Shown: positions 1-11,623 of the stretch, piece after piece
How the letters are laid out: every line of letters starts with the position of its first letter
Numbering within the stretch: position 1 is the stretch's first letter
NCBI RefSeq assembly: GCF_902713615.1
Contig: NC_052157.1
Span: forward strand, 5,572,327-5,636,326
Length of the DNA stretch: 64,000 bases
Source: Scyliorhinus canicula
Lineage: Eukaryota
Direction: 5' to 3'
Made by a program: the position numbers and the translations under genes
The notes under the pieces: generated by a model
The model's input: the letters and a program-made list of their open reading frames with translations, nothing else
The model's database searches: none
Told to the model about the DNA's origin: nothing

Positions 1-355
1 CAGTGATCACCTTATTGACCTGTCTAAAGAAAGACCGCGGAATAAAGATGGGGAGACACTGAAACTCAAACAGGAAACTCGGGAGGACCATTATTTTCAC
101 TGTCTGCACCCTCCCAGCTAGTGACAACGGGAGCATGTCCCACCTTCGGAAATCGTCCTTCATTTGGTCTACTAATTGGGCCAAATTTAACTTGTGTAGC
201 CGTTCCCATTCCCACGCCACCTGAATGCCGAGGTACCGAAAGCTTCCCCCTACCACCCTAAACGGCAGCTCCCCCAATCGCCTCTCCTGTCCCCTTGCCT
301 GGATTGCAAACATCTGACTTTTCCCCATATTCAGTTTATACTTCGAAAACCGGCT
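1..355 (-). mobile_element. degenerate L1-clade ORF2 (RT thumb region) fragment, truncated by window edge
   Basis: Minus strand gives RYLGIQVA..WERLHKLNL..RWDMLPLSLAGRVQTVKIMVLP..IFIPRSFF, homologous to the same region of the L1 ORF2 at about 14720-14970. Confidence 0.8.
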
Positions 356-427
356 TCCCAGAACACTTTTAAACAACAGAACGTCCCTTTTCCAAAACAT
401 GGCCGGTTGAATCACTATCCTGTAAAT

Positions 428-503
428 CAGGGGTGGGCAAACTACGGCCCGCGGGCCGCATGCGGCCCGCCAAAGGAATTTCTGCGGCCCTCCAAGTTTT
501 AAA

Positions 504-534
<31 letters not shown>

Positions 535-789
535 TTAAGGTTAATGGGGGGGCTGTTGGGTTACTTACTAGTATAGGGTGGATACGTTGACTTGAGTAGG
601 ATGATCATTGCTCGGCACAACGTCGAGGGCCGAAGGGCCTGTTCTGTGCTGTACTGTTCTATGTTCTATATAAGGCGCCCAGAATCATAACCGGGTGAAG
701 TAATTATTTTACTTAATATACTATGCGGCCCTTTGTGAATTGTGAATTTCTGAATGTGGCCCTTGCACGGAAAAGTTTGCCCACCCCTG
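428..789. mobile_element. non-autonomous hAT (Charlie-like) MITE
   Basis: 16-bp TIRs caggggtgggcaaact / agtttgcccacccctg; perfect 8-bp TSD ctgtaaat at 420-427 and 790-797. Confidence 0.9.
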
Positions 790-1169
790 CTGTAAATGCT
801 TAGACCTGGATCCGTGCCAGATTCTGGCTAAAAGCTTTCCCCTTTGCTGACTGAAAAGAGCAAAGTTAAATGGAACTGGACAGTCTGAATGCAGCTCGCA
901 AATGCTGCAGGACATCACCACAAAGCTGTACTCCCAGTGTATATACTTTGTAAAATATGAAGCTTTTATCTCCTTTGGAATCAAAGGACTCTTCAGTAGA
1001 TATACTCCCAGTGAACTACTTTGTGTAAAGAACATTGTTGTTTATAATTAAGCAGTGATACAATTGACAAAATGTTTGGTTAATGTACAAGTAATGAAAG
1101 GGCTTATGATCAACTGGCGCCTGCAGTTCTAATTAGCCTGGATGTGAATAATAAAATAGACATTTTCTT

Positions 1170-1500
1170 CTGGCCTGTGTCAGCCTGAGTCAGTTGGCAG
1201 TTTATGGGTCCAAGCCACACTTCATCAGGAATCGAGAAAGTAACAGAGGTTGACGTATAATGCAATACTGAGGAAGCGCAGCATTGCCGAATTCACCTTC
1301 CCTTCAGCATAAATCAAAGCCTTGGCTGGAGGTTAAAGATCCCTTCACACTAATCAGAAAGGCAGAGAATTCTACTCGTGTCAACAGCAACAAGACAAAT
1401 GGACAGTCGTTTCAGCTATAATTTATGGGGCATTATGTAGCCCTACATAATGACAGGTACTGTATTTTAAAACATAATGGTTGTGAAACACTTGTCGACT
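1170..1500 (+). mobile_element. old, decayed DeuSINE/SacSINE-like SINE
   Basis: Remnant blocks tgcaatactgaggaagcgcagcattg and ggttaaagatccc..cacacta..agaattct resemble the Deu-domain consensus as recalled; boundaries approximate. Confidence 0.45.
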
Positions 1501-1680
1501 TCCTCAAGTATTAAGGAATATTACCATATTCTTCCTAATGAAGCTCTAAATGATTTTGCTCATCAAGGTGTAAGGGGCAAAGAACCTACCTTTGCATACA
1601 TCATTTTTATAAAATATATAGATATACGCATCATTATCAAGAAATATTTTAAACTGGATAAAGTTCTAAAATGGCTGCAT

Positions 1681-1980
1681 CTAGAATCCCTACAGTGCAG
1701 AAGGGGGCCATTCGGCCCATTGAGTCTGCACCTATCCTCTGAAGCAGCACACTACCTAGGCCCACGCCCCCATCCTAATCCCGTAATCCTACCTAACCGT
1801 TGGACATTAAGGAGCAATTCAGTAAGGCCAATCCACCTAACCTGCACATTTTGGACTGTGGGAAGAAACATACACAGACATGGTGGAAAGTGCAAACGCC
1901 GCACAGTCACAGTCACCCAAGGTCGGAATCTAACTTGGGTCTCAGGTGCTGTGAGACAGCAGTATTAACCACTGTGCCGC
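1681..1980 (-). mobile_element. tRNA-derived V-SINE (HE1-like) with CR1-type tail
   Basis: A/B-box head, V-domain-like core and tail (minus strand ...gggccgaatggcccccttctgcactgtagggattct) shared with many copies in the window. Confidence 0.8.
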
Positions 1981-3155
1981 TTTGTCTCTGCGTGACCCTG
2001 AACAAAAGGGAGTAACTGAAATTATTGGGGAATTTGCGCCTCGTTAGCCCCAAAGTGGCACTAACAACCCCATATGGGCTGCACAGACCAAATTCAAAGA
2101 CAGTTATACAAAGGCCATCTGAATTTCATAACCCAGGCTGGCCAACAGGAGTCTGCTTGTCTGATGAGACAAAAGGGCCCCACAACCTTCCTTTCAACTA
2201 TTGACAGTTTCAGGACCCAGATGAGGGGAAAGACATCCTTTATCAAAGACAGTGTGGAGGGGTGGATGTCATGTGACATGGGTCTCGACTTTGTGGAACT
2301 AATAATATTAATAATACAGACTGCAAAGTCTCAGTCTGTGGTTTACCGTCTAACTAGCAGCCTCACAAATAAGGAGCTCTGACCTGGGTGGACATGTGGC
2401 CCCCATTTACACTGCGTCTGCTGAAAATTCTGTTCCATCACCTAGAAGATTCTCTGCCTGTCTATCTCATCGTGTGAAATAAATACCACCGGAAAGGTAA
2501 GTTCTACATTGGTCTTTCAGCCCACCGACTTCTTTGAAGGAATACCTCATTGGGAATTTGATTCTGGACTCTGGAAAGCACATAAAACAAAATTTATTTT
2601 CTCTGTGGTCTCTGCACTGTAAATCTTTCTTCTCTGCATCCCTCTGTTACTGTATGAATGTAAAAGAGGCAACATTACAACCCTTCTCGTGTTTTGAATG
2701 TGTGCAAATAAACTAACCCTTTGAGTTCACCTTATCTTCCGTTTGCTGTGGGGTTATTAATAGAGAATTGGATCGTACCAAGACCAGTGGGTTGGCGAAT
2801 ATGCAAACATTTATAAAGAGGAAAACAAATTAAAACACCTTTTGTTTACCGATGGGTGGCAAGAGGAGAAATCTGTGCCTCCTGTGGCAACAAAGGTGTG
2901 TACTAGAGAATATGCCACCTGTTTAATGAAAATTCATTTTGATGCAAGTATTTCTAGTTCTCTTTTCTTCTCTCCTGAAGGTAATGTGTCACACTATTTC
3001 CACCAGCAATGACATCCCCTTTACATCTTATTCAAGTGTCTGTTCTCCTGATCTGGGCCTCTACAGCAAGTGCTGGCAAGTTGTTCCATTTTGGGGAGGG
3101 AATTACAGCCAATTTTGATCCCATCTACGTCAAACATCCATACATTAATTTGTTA

Positions 3156-3307
3156 TGATGTGGAGATGCCGGCATTGGACTGGGGTGAGCACAGTAAGAA
3201 GTCTTACAACACCAGGTTAAAGTCCAACAGGTTTGTTTCAAACACGAGCTTTCGGAGCACTGAAACAAACCTGTTGGACTTTAACCTGGTGTTGTAAGAC
3301 TTCTTAC
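3156..3307 (-). mobile_element. Penelope-type fold-back (inverted pLTR) element
   Basis: agtaagaagtcttacaacaccaggttaaagtccaacaggtttgtttca followed by its reverse complement, with an unpaired tail of about 35 nt; TSD ttaatttgtta at 3145-3155 and 3308-3318. Confidence 0.75.
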
Positions 3308-3924
3308 TTAATTTGTTACATCAGCAGGATCTCTGGAGCTTCTGGCTCTAATTTAGTGACACCCCCCCCCCCCCCCCCCCCCCCCCCAAACCCTGCCCCA
3401 GAGAACAGCTAATTCAGCTCAGATCAGGAACGGAACAGATCCTCATGGCTCTTTACAGCACACCGGCACATTTAACCACCAAGCTATCAAAGGAAACAAC
3501 TTATGGTAAATGCCACAAGCTCCAAATATAAATTTTGTTTAGGCTCATTCAGTGGAATGTTTGGCCCCTTTCACTAGAGGCATTATGCTTGGAATATCTG
3601 CAGGTAGGGTTACATCAGCTGGTTATATAAAAACCCAAGAGAGGAAGGCTCTATTTTTATACAGCATGCGCTTAGAAGCTGCTGCCCATGAGTAATGGAA
3701 GCAGAAATGAGCAACGATTTAAAAAGGAAATTGGATGGATACTTGAAGGAAATAAACTTGCAGATCTAGTAAGGGCCTGACTGGATTGTGACACTGAGAC
3801 AGCATAAACTTCGAGTCAAGTAGTCTCATTCTGTGGCTGAGATGACAAAGAACTAAAATCCAAAAAAATTCTTCATGCGAGTATATCCATAAGTGTGGAA
3901 GACCATGTAGCGGAGATCAATTTT

Positions 3925-4161
3925 TAAAAAAAATATATAAATTTAGAGTACCCAACTCTTTTTTTTCTCCCCCCAATTAAGGGGCAATTTAGCGTGGCCA
4001 ATTCACCTACCCTGCACATCTTTTTGTGTTGTGGTTGTAAGACCCACGAAGACACGGGGAAAATGTGCAAACTCCGCATGGACAGTGGCCCTGGCCGGGA
4101 TCGAACCTGGGACCTCGGCCCGTGACACAACATTGCTAACCACTTTGCCACCGTGCTGCCC
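3925..4161 (-). mobile_element. V-SINE, short A/T-tailed variant
   Basis: Same head and core as other copies; ends (minus strand) ttaattgg..gggtactctaaattt plus A/T run. Confidence 0.8.
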
Positions 4162-4403
4162 ACGCTAAGCCCAATTCTGAGCTTGCCATATTTCTACACC
4201 AGTTTATTGTTACTGGTTTAAACCCAAAAAATTCTCAAGTGTAATATGATGTTGTAACATGTGTATTGCAATGTGTAAAGTGTACAAGAGACCCTGCTCG
4301 GTCAGCGGACTCATACACAAAATGTGTCTGTGCAGCAATGCTTAGGGAACATGGTTGCATTGGGGAAGTCCTCAGCCAAATGGTGCATTTAAAATTGTCT
4401 CAC

Positions 4404-4703
4404 AATAATAATAATCTTTATTAGTGTCACAAGTAGGCTTACATTAACACTGCAATGAGGTTACTGAGGAAAGCCCCTAGTCGCCACACTCCAGCGCCTG
4501 TTCAGGTACACAGAGGGAGAATTCAGAATGTCCAATTCACCTAACAGCACGTCTTTCGGGACTTGTGGGAGGAAACCGGAGCACCCAGAGGAAACCCATG
4601 CAGACATGGGAGACAATGCAGACTCCACACAGACAGTGACCCAAGCAGGGAATCGAACCTGCCACTGTGAAGCAACAGTGCTAACCACCGTGCTACTGTG
4701 CCA
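4404..4703 (-). mobile_element. V-SINE with alternative (ATT)n-ending tail
   Basis: Head and core followed by gaacaggcgctggagtgtggcgactaggggc...aagcctacttgtgac..(att)n. Confidence 0.8.
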
Positions 4704-4734
4704 CCTAGTGCCACACAGGCAGCAAGAGCCATGT

Positions 4735-4769
<35 letters not shown>

Positions 4770-5046
4770 TATTTAATTTCTGCGAACTCATGGTCACTGT
4801 CTCATGATGTCAGGCATTCTAATGTCTGGGGCTTCCTGTTCTCCATTAGTTTTATTTTAGTTTCCTCTCCTGTAGACGATGATCAGTAATTTTTTGCTGG
4901 AACATGGGAGTGCCGAGGCTCCTACTGAGTGAGTGTTTGACTGGCCATCGCAAGACCAGCTAAATGTGGATAGCCACGCAGCTGACCCTGATATTCTGAC
5001 CTCACCATATCTCCAGCTGGGATCGTCAGACGAAAATCGGAAACAT

Positions 5047-5845
5047 TGATTTGATTGGATTTGATTTATTGTCACATGTACTGAAGTACAGTGAAAAGTA
5101 TTTTTCTGTGGCCGAGGGAACGTACACAGTACGTACATAGTGAACAAAAAGAATAATCGGCAGAGAACATTGACAAATGGTACATCGACAAAACAGTGAT
5201 TGGTTACAGTGCGGAACAAGGGGCCAAACAAAGCAAATACATGAGCAAGAGCAGCATAGGGCGTCGTGAATGGTGTTCTTACAGGGAACAGATCAGTCTG
5301 AGGGGGAGTCGTTGAGCTGTTCCTATGTCTGGATGTGCGGGTCTTCAGACTTCTGTATCTTCTGCCTGATGGAAGGGTCTGGAAGAAGGGAGAGAGGGGT
5401 CTCTGATAAAGCTGTCTGCCTTCCTGAGGCAGCGGGAGGTGTAGACAGAATCAATGTAGGGGTGGCAAGCTTGTGTGACGTGTTGGGCTGAGTTCACCAC
5501 ATTCGGCAGTTTCTTGCAATCTTGGGCCGAGCAGTTGCCACACCAGGCTGTGTTGCATCCGGATAGGATGCTCTCTGTAGCACATCTGTAGACGTTTGTG
5601 TGAGTCGATGCAGACATGCCAAATTTCTTTAACTTCCGGAGGAAGTAGAGACGTTGTTGGGCTTTCTTGACTGCTGCATCAACGCGAGTGGACCAGGGCA
5701 GACTGTTGGTGATGGTGACACCAGGAATTTAAAGCTATCAACTATCTCCACTTCAGAGCCATTGGTGCAGAGTGTGTGTGTCGTGTTACGCTTCCTGAAG
5801 TCGATGATCAGTTCCTTGGTCTTTCCAACATTTAGAGAGAGGTTG
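5047..5845 (-). mobile_element. Rex1/Babar-type LINE 3' fragment
   Basis: NLSLNVGKTKELIIDFRK and YRCATESILSGCNTAWCGNCSAQDCKKL motifs; 3' tail of short (aaatc/caatc) repeats. Confidence 0.75.
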
Positions 5846-6776
5846 GTCAAATACTTCTCTCCCTGTGCAGGAATTCTGAAGCCAACAGCAGCACCCAACA
5901 GACAAAGGGTGGTATACGCAACAGGGCCGCCAGCTTAAAGAAATTAAAGTTCAGGGAAAAGACATTCAGATCGAAGAGGAGTCTCTACCAGAAATGTTAC
6001 TCTGACCTCTCTCAGATGCTGTCAGTCCTGCACATCTGGACTGTTATTATATGATTAATGCTATATAAATAGGAAATTGTTGAGGTTGTAGAATACGGTA
6101 ATAATAAGCAGATGGGACTGCTTGGGGAACAGGCATGTCTCACTTTTTCAGGGACCTCAAACCCTAATATATAAATATCTATTACAGTATTCCGAGAGAG
6201 CTCATGTTACCTCTGGAGTTCCTTCAATATGAAAAAAGTATGCACTTAAATCAACTGCTTTTGAAGTCATGAGCCAGATTTTGTAAAAGGAAACACTCCT
6301 TTCAGACTTCACTGATCAAACTTTATTTGTTTAACAAAAAACAACCTTGTAGCAAAGCCTCATTCAGTCATTGACATTCGGAAAGGTTTCTGAATCCCAA
6401 ATGACCTTTGCAGCGATCAGTGCATTGCGAGCATTTCTGATCAAACCTTATCTCTGAAAACCACAATGAAACAGATGATCAAAATTAAATTTTCTTTGTA
6501 AATGCCGTGAATGCTTTTGAGAATTAAACAAACAAAGGAACAAAACCTGAATCTCTTTGTGGGTTCCACATGGTGGGATGATGACGGGAAAGTAGAATAT
6601 CTCCAGGTGGATAAATTAGATACCTCAAGCACTCAGCTGGCTAAGAAACTAACTGACATACAGCACAAAATGTAGGAATAGGCCAATTGGTCCAGCTGTG
6701 CTGGTGCTTATACTCCACACGCACGTTTTGATCTTTGGGCAATCGACTAGTGGAATGTGGGGGTTGGTCACCCACT

Positions 6777-6970
6777 TTTATTTCATTCATGGGTTGTGGG
6801 CATCGCTGGCTAGGCTAGCACTTGTTGCCAATCCCTAATTGCCCTCGAGAAGGTGGTGGTGAGCTGCCATCATGAGCCTCTGCAGTCCATGTGGTGTAGG
6901 TACACCCACAGTGCTGTTAGGTAGGGAGTTCCAGGAATTTGACCCAAGGACAGTGAAGGAATGGCGATAT
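6777..6970 (-). mobile_element. CR1/L2-group LINE ('family B') 3' end
   Basis: Shares the 3' terminus (gctcaccaccaccttctcgagggcaattagggat..gcccacaacccatgaatgaa) with copies at about 18770, 44270-44765, 45452, 51843-52590 and 62160-62445. Confidence 0.7.
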
Positions 6971-7490
6971 ATAGGCAGGTGAAGAGGCCTGGCCTATTTT
7001 GACAGGCTGCAGAGGCCAAACCAGATGCCCCATTGCAGCTCACCAGCTTTACGCCTACCTACTGGGAATAATGGAAAGCTGGTGGTTCTGCTGAATAGAG
7101 ACCAGACCTCATTCAAGTTAAATGTTTTTTTTTTAATGTTTCCGCTCTGCAGCCAGTCAGACTGAAGAGAACATCCACAAACACACGCACGGTTAAACTG
7201 GAAGCAACCACAGTGACAGGTTTGGGAGAGGTCAACCGTACTATTGTTATGCCCACCAATTTCGCCCCAGACCCAACCCCTCTCTCCGGTCCATCGCTTG
7301 GGTTGAAGGGGGTGGGGGCACAGAGGAAAGTGGGGGGTGTTGACAAAGAGGGCATATTTCCCCCATAGTAAATAGAATATATTTAGCGAGAAAGAGTTAA
7401 ACAAAACTGCAAAGCATTCAAGTGCAATTTAGTGGTCCAATGAGGAGCAGAACTCCCATAGGATTCCCCAAACCGAGATATAATGTTTAC

Positions 7491-7689
7491 CTTTGGCTTC
7501 TGCTGAGGAGAGTGAAGCCTGAACAACTTCTTCAGCTAGAAGTGCCGCCACTGCTTCCGGCTTCAGTCCCTGGGTTGTGATAAATGCCTGGGCTTTTTTA
7601 TATCGGTCAGGTCGTTGAGATGACAACACTTCCCGCAGAACAGTGTCGGAATCCTGGGTTGATATATCATTGAAAGAACAGCCAAGCTC
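7491..7689 (-). CDS. SPG11: spatacsin coding exon (approx. human exon 32)
   Basis: ELGCSFNDISTQDSDTVLREVLSSQRPDRYKKAQAFITTQGLKPEAVAALLAEEV (cf. QQPDRCKRAQAFISTQGLKPDTVAELVAEEV); ttaag|GAG and G|gtaaa; 199 nt. Confidence 0.95.
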
Positions 7690-8081
7690 CTTAAGGGTAA
7701 CAAAGTAAACTATGAGTGGTTAATGCTTATTATACAGTTATTAATAATGTCAAACCATCTTAAAACAAAATGGTAAACCAATGTGAAATTATGAAACAAA
7801 ACGCATGAGCAATATTCAAGAGAAAAGAGATAACTTTGTCACTGTGTATTAGTGCTTTAATATACTGAAGCGTACTTAGTAATGTTTCCTTAATAAAGCC
7901 AGCAAAAATGCAAAAAGCTATGACAAGATTCTCCAGCAGATACACAATGGCCTCCTTCCCCTGCTACACGAATTTATTATCTTATACTAAATATGTACCT
8001 TGACAAGTCTTGCATGTCGTCTCTGAAAATGTTACCCTTCCTTCCCCACAAAACACCATTACGCACGATCCAAGCCCCTTT

Positions 8082-8260
8082 GGGGCGGGTTTAGCACAGT
8101 GGGCTAAACAGCTGGTTTGCAATGCAGAACAAGGCCAGCAGCGCAGGTTCAATTCCCGTACTGGACTCCCCGAACAGGCGCCGGAATGTGGCGACTAGGG
8201 GCTTTTCATAGTAACTTCATTGAAGCCTACTTCTGACAATAAGCGATTATTACTATTATT
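8082..8260 (+). mobile_element. short tRNA-derived SINE, second head type with (ATT)n tail
   Basis: ggggc(t)ggtttagc..ggttcaattcccgtac head joined directly to ccgaacaggcgccggaatgtggcgactagggg tail; sister copies at 30124-30307 and 51192-51377. Confidence 0.8.
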
Positions 8261-8789
8261 TAGCTGTCTGACGATTGGTTAACCTTTTTCTTGGTTTGCC
8301 CCTCTCCCATTTGTCTACTTCTGACAGATTCCCGTTTCTATGGATCATGCACGGCAGTCTTTCGTCCCAGTGTTCGATATCTCCTTTCAATGGGCCCCAA
8401 TGAGAATGATTGTACAGAGACAGTCAGACTATAGCAGCCCTGGTACTAAACACCTAATCCCTGGGCACAATCTGGGCCAGTACAAAAGTCAGTATTTTCA
8501 AAATTAACACCAAGGTGAAAGAGCCTTCCTAACACAATACATATCAAAATAGCTTTGGACTACAGAGATAAAGCCTTGTTTATATCCGACATAATGTGGC
8601 CAAACTTTCATTTATTGTAAGTATCCATTTTACTGCAATACACTTTTGCTATAAATGAAGAAATATTAGACTGAGCTACTGTACACACTAAAAAAGGGCC
8701 GAATTAAACAAGTCCCTAGAACTGCACCCAGAATGAAGCTCATAGTTCACATGAACACAGGTACTAAATTATCTTGGGAGTTTATTTAG

Positions 8790-9330
8790 AGATCACAGAA
8801 TTGTTACGGCACAAGAGGTCACCATTTGGCCCAACTTGTCAGCACCAGCTCTCCAAACGAGCGTTATGACTTAGTGCCATTCTCCTGCCTTTACCCCATA
8901 CCCTTGCACAAATAATCATCTAACGCGCTCTTGAATGCCTCGATTGACCCCTGCTTCCACCCCATTTCCAGAGAAGGAGGCAGTGCATTCCAGACCTGAA
9001 CCCCTTGTGAAAACATTTAGTTCTCACATCATATTTACTTCTTTTGCAAATCACTTTGAACCTGTTCCCTCTTGTCCTTGATTCTTTTATGAGCAGGAAT
9101 AGTTTCTCCATGGCTACTCATGAGCATCAAATCACCTGCCTCCTCCTCTCCAAGGACAACAGTCCCAACTCTCCAATGTATCCTCATTCTTCTAAACCTC
9201 TCCTGAACTCTCTCTGATGCCTCAGCATCCTTCCAATAGTGTGGCACCCTGAACTGTACGTAATATTCCAGCTGAGGTTTAACCAGTGTCTTGTACAAGT
9301 GCAGAGCAAATGATTTGTTGTAAATAGCAG
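8790..9330 (-). mobile_element. decayed CR1 LINE 3' fragment
   Basis: YKTLVKPQLEYYVQF..PHYWKD..ERVQERF and SRTRGNRFKV motifs. Confidence 0.75.
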
Positions 9331-9504
9331 CAAGAGTTTAAAATGTGACCGATTTCTTATGGAATGTAATTCAACCCCAAAACCGTTTCCCTCATTTTCA
9401 GGCATCTTACTTACACCGACTCGACTTCCGGGCGGCGAGCGAGGAGGTCGCAGGGAGAGGGGCTCCCGCAAGCGCCAGGAAGGAACCCCCCCGACAGGCC
9501 GGAC

Positions 9505-9680
9505 GGCGGAGGAGGAGCGGGCGGCAACGGCGGAGGAGGAGCGGGCGGCAACGGCGGAGGAGCGGGCGACAACGGAGGAGCAGCGGGTGGCAACGGCGGG
9601 CGGCAGCGGAGGAGAAGCGGAGGAGGAGCGGGCGGCAACTGAGGAGGAGCGGGCGGCGGCGGAAGGCGGAGGCGAGGAGC
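9505..9680 (+). repeat. GC-rich ~24-nt tandem array in L1 5' UTR
   Basis: About 7 imperfect units of ggcggaggaggagcgggcggcaac. Confidence 0.85.
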
Positions 9681-9780
9681 GACGGCGACAGGGAGGCCCA
9701 GCAGCGGCAGGTCCAACCCCTCTCTCCCCCCCCCCCCCCCCACGCGGGCCGGGAACGGTGCGGCAGCGGCGGGCCCTCTT

Positions 9781-10243
9781 CCCCCCCCCCCCAAACCAGC
9801 AGCGGGACACCACCCCCCCCCCCCAACCAGCAGCGGGGACACCAACCCCCCCCCCCCAACCAGCAGCGGGGACACCAACCCCCCCCCCCCCCCCCCCCCC
9901 CAACCAGCAGCGGGGACACCAACCCCCCCCCCCCCCCCCCCCAACCAGCAGCGGGGACACCAACCCCCCCCCCCCCCCCCAACCAGCAGCGGGGACACCA
10001 ACCCCCCCCCCCCCCCCAACCAGCAGCGGGGACACCAACCCCCCCCCCCCCCAACCAGCAGCGGGGACACCACCCCCCCCCCCCCCCCCCCCAACCAGCA
10101 GCGGGGACACCAACCCCCCCCCCAACCAGCAGCGGGGACACCAACCCCCCCCCCCCCCCCAACCAGCAGCGGGGACACCAACCCCCCCCCCAACCAGCAG
10201 CGGGGACACCCCCCCCCCCCCCCCCCCCCCAACCAGCAGCCCC
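9781..10243 (+). repeat. tandem array of aaccagcagcggggacacc units separated by variable poly-C runs (L1 5' UTR)
   Basis: 12 near-identical units plus one partial, counted directly. Confidence 0.95.
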
Positions 10244-10479
10244 ACTCGCCCCTCCCCCTCCCCCCAACTGCAGTGACCACCACGTGGCAAGGACAAAGGG
10301 GGACTCTCTCTCTCTCTCTCCTGGGCGAGTGGAGAGAGAAAACAAAAGAAAAAAGAGACTTATATTTCTGTTCTTTTTTTAAAATAAAAACCCAAAAGAA
10401 AACTGGTAAAGAGAAAAGGGGTGAAATAAAGGGGTAAAGGAAAGAAGGGGGGAAATAAATTTTTCATTTAAAAAAAAAA

Positions 10480-10490
10480 ATATATACATA

Positions 10491-10537
<47 letters not shown>
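10480..10537. repeat. (TA)n microsatellite in L1 5' UTR
   Basis: About 20 perfect TA units plus degenerate flank. Confidence 0.95.
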
Positions 10538-10540
<3 letters not shown>

Positions 10541-10597
10541 TAAAATTTAAATAGGGTGCGGAAAAGGGGGAAAAGAAGAACAAGGAGAGAAGAAACG

Positions 10598-11623
10598 ATG
10601 AAGGGGAAGGGGGAGAAAAAAATGCCAGAAGGGACCCAAGAGAAAGGGGGCACCGGAGGTGGACGGGGCAAAGGGCAAACCAGCTTGGGCGAACGAGTCA
10701 ACACGCGAAGCAGCGGGAAGAATGTATCGCCGCATCCAAAAGAGCTGGACGGGCGGGCAACCTCTCCCCTGGGGTTAGAGGGGGGCGTGAATTGGAAGGA
10801 AGCCATTGCCGAGGTGGTGAGGGAGCAGCTGCAGGCAATCAAGGCAGAGTTAAAAGCAGACACAGAGGCCGCAGCACAGGCAGCAGTGACCAGGGCCATG
10901 TCAGGGGTGCAGCAGGCTCTGACCAGAATGGAGGAGAAAGTGGATGCCCAAGGGAAGATACTGGAAGCCCAAGGGAAGATACTGGAAGCCCAAGGGGCAA
11001 CCATTAAAGAGCTGGAGAAGGCAGCGACTGACGTGAGCGACCGGGTCATGTCCCTGGAGAGGGAAATGGCGAAACTGAGTGCAACACAGGGGAGCCTGAA
11101 GGGCAGGGTAGACGACCAGGAGATCAACTCGAGAAGGCAAAACATTAAGATAGTGGGCCTGCCAGAGGGGATAGAGGGTAGAAATCCCACAACATTCGTG
11201 GCTGCGATGCTGGGCTCCTTAGTGGGGCGGGAAACTTTTCCCACCCCACCGGAAATGCACAGAGCTCATCGGTCACTGCGCCCGAAGCCCAAGGAAGGGG
11301 AAAAACCGAGAGCAGTTATAGCCAGACTGCACCGGTACCGGGATAGGGAGACAATCCTGCGCTGGGCCAAGGAGAATAGAGCCTGCAATTGGGACGGGCA
11401 CGCCATCAGAATCTACGAGGATTTTGGAGCGGACATAGCTAAGAGACGGGCGGAGTTCAACAGAGCGAAAGCAGCTCTCTATAAGAACAAAGTACGTTTT
11501 GGTATGCTGTACCCAGCAAAACTCTGGGTCACATACCAACACAAGGAATATTTCTTTACAGCCCCTGCCGAGGCGAATAGATTCGTTGAGGAGCACGGGC
11601 TGGAAAAACGCCATGGGAAGTAG
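10598..11623 (+). CDS. L1 ORF1p (coiled coil, RRM, CTD)
   Basis: Uninterrupted ORF with heptads, SRRQNIKIVGLPEG, RAHR, IRIYEDF and LYPAKL motifs; first in-frame ATG at 10598 (the track start at 10556 is GTG). Confidence 0.93.
   Translation: MKGKGEKKMPEGTQEKGGTGGGRGKGQTSLGERVNTRSSGKNVSPHPKELDGRATSPLGLEGGVNWKEAIAEVVREQLQAIKAELKADTEAAAQAAVTRAMSGVQQALTRMEEKVDAQGKILEAQGKILEAQGATIKELEKAATDVSDRVMSLEREMAKLSATQGSLKGRVDDQEINSRRQNIKIVGLPEGIEGRNPTTFVAAMLGSLVGRETFPTPPEMHRAHRSLRPKPKEGEKPRAVIARLHRYRDRETILRWAKENRACNWDGHAIRIYEDFGADIAKRRAEFNRAKAALYKNKVRFGMLYPAKLWVTYQHKEYFFTAPAEANRFVEEHGLEKRHGK

Noticed and set aside
1983-2893. Possible solo LTR ending ggcaaca
   Set aside because: The 3' end and aataaa look LTR-like, but no left boundary or TSD could be established.
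3362-3387. Long poly-C/poly-G runs (also 29107-29132 and 16254-16363)
   Set aside because: Simple homopolymers whose lengths are unreliable in assemblies; no evidence of function.
1-7490. Next SPG11 exon (approx. human exon 33), including ORF 721-1035
   Set aside because: No segment resembling the expected FLQL..LCQD..LVG.KLL peptide was found by eye; the exon probably lies beyond the window start.
8082-8160. tRNA genes at SINE heads (also 30124, 51192 and the V-SINE heads)
   Set aside because: A/B boxes are present, but they run into SINE bodies and tails with no clean cloverleaf or terminator.
9781-10243. CRISPR-like repeat-spacer appearance
   Set aside because: The spacers are just poly-C runs, the context is a vertebrate LINE UTR, and no cas genes are present.
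9184-10382. Five overlapping 290-370 aa Pro/Gly-rich ORFs on both strands
   Set aside because: They arise because the GC-rich tandem arrays of the L1 5' UTR lack stop codons; variable poly-C lengths shift frame between units.
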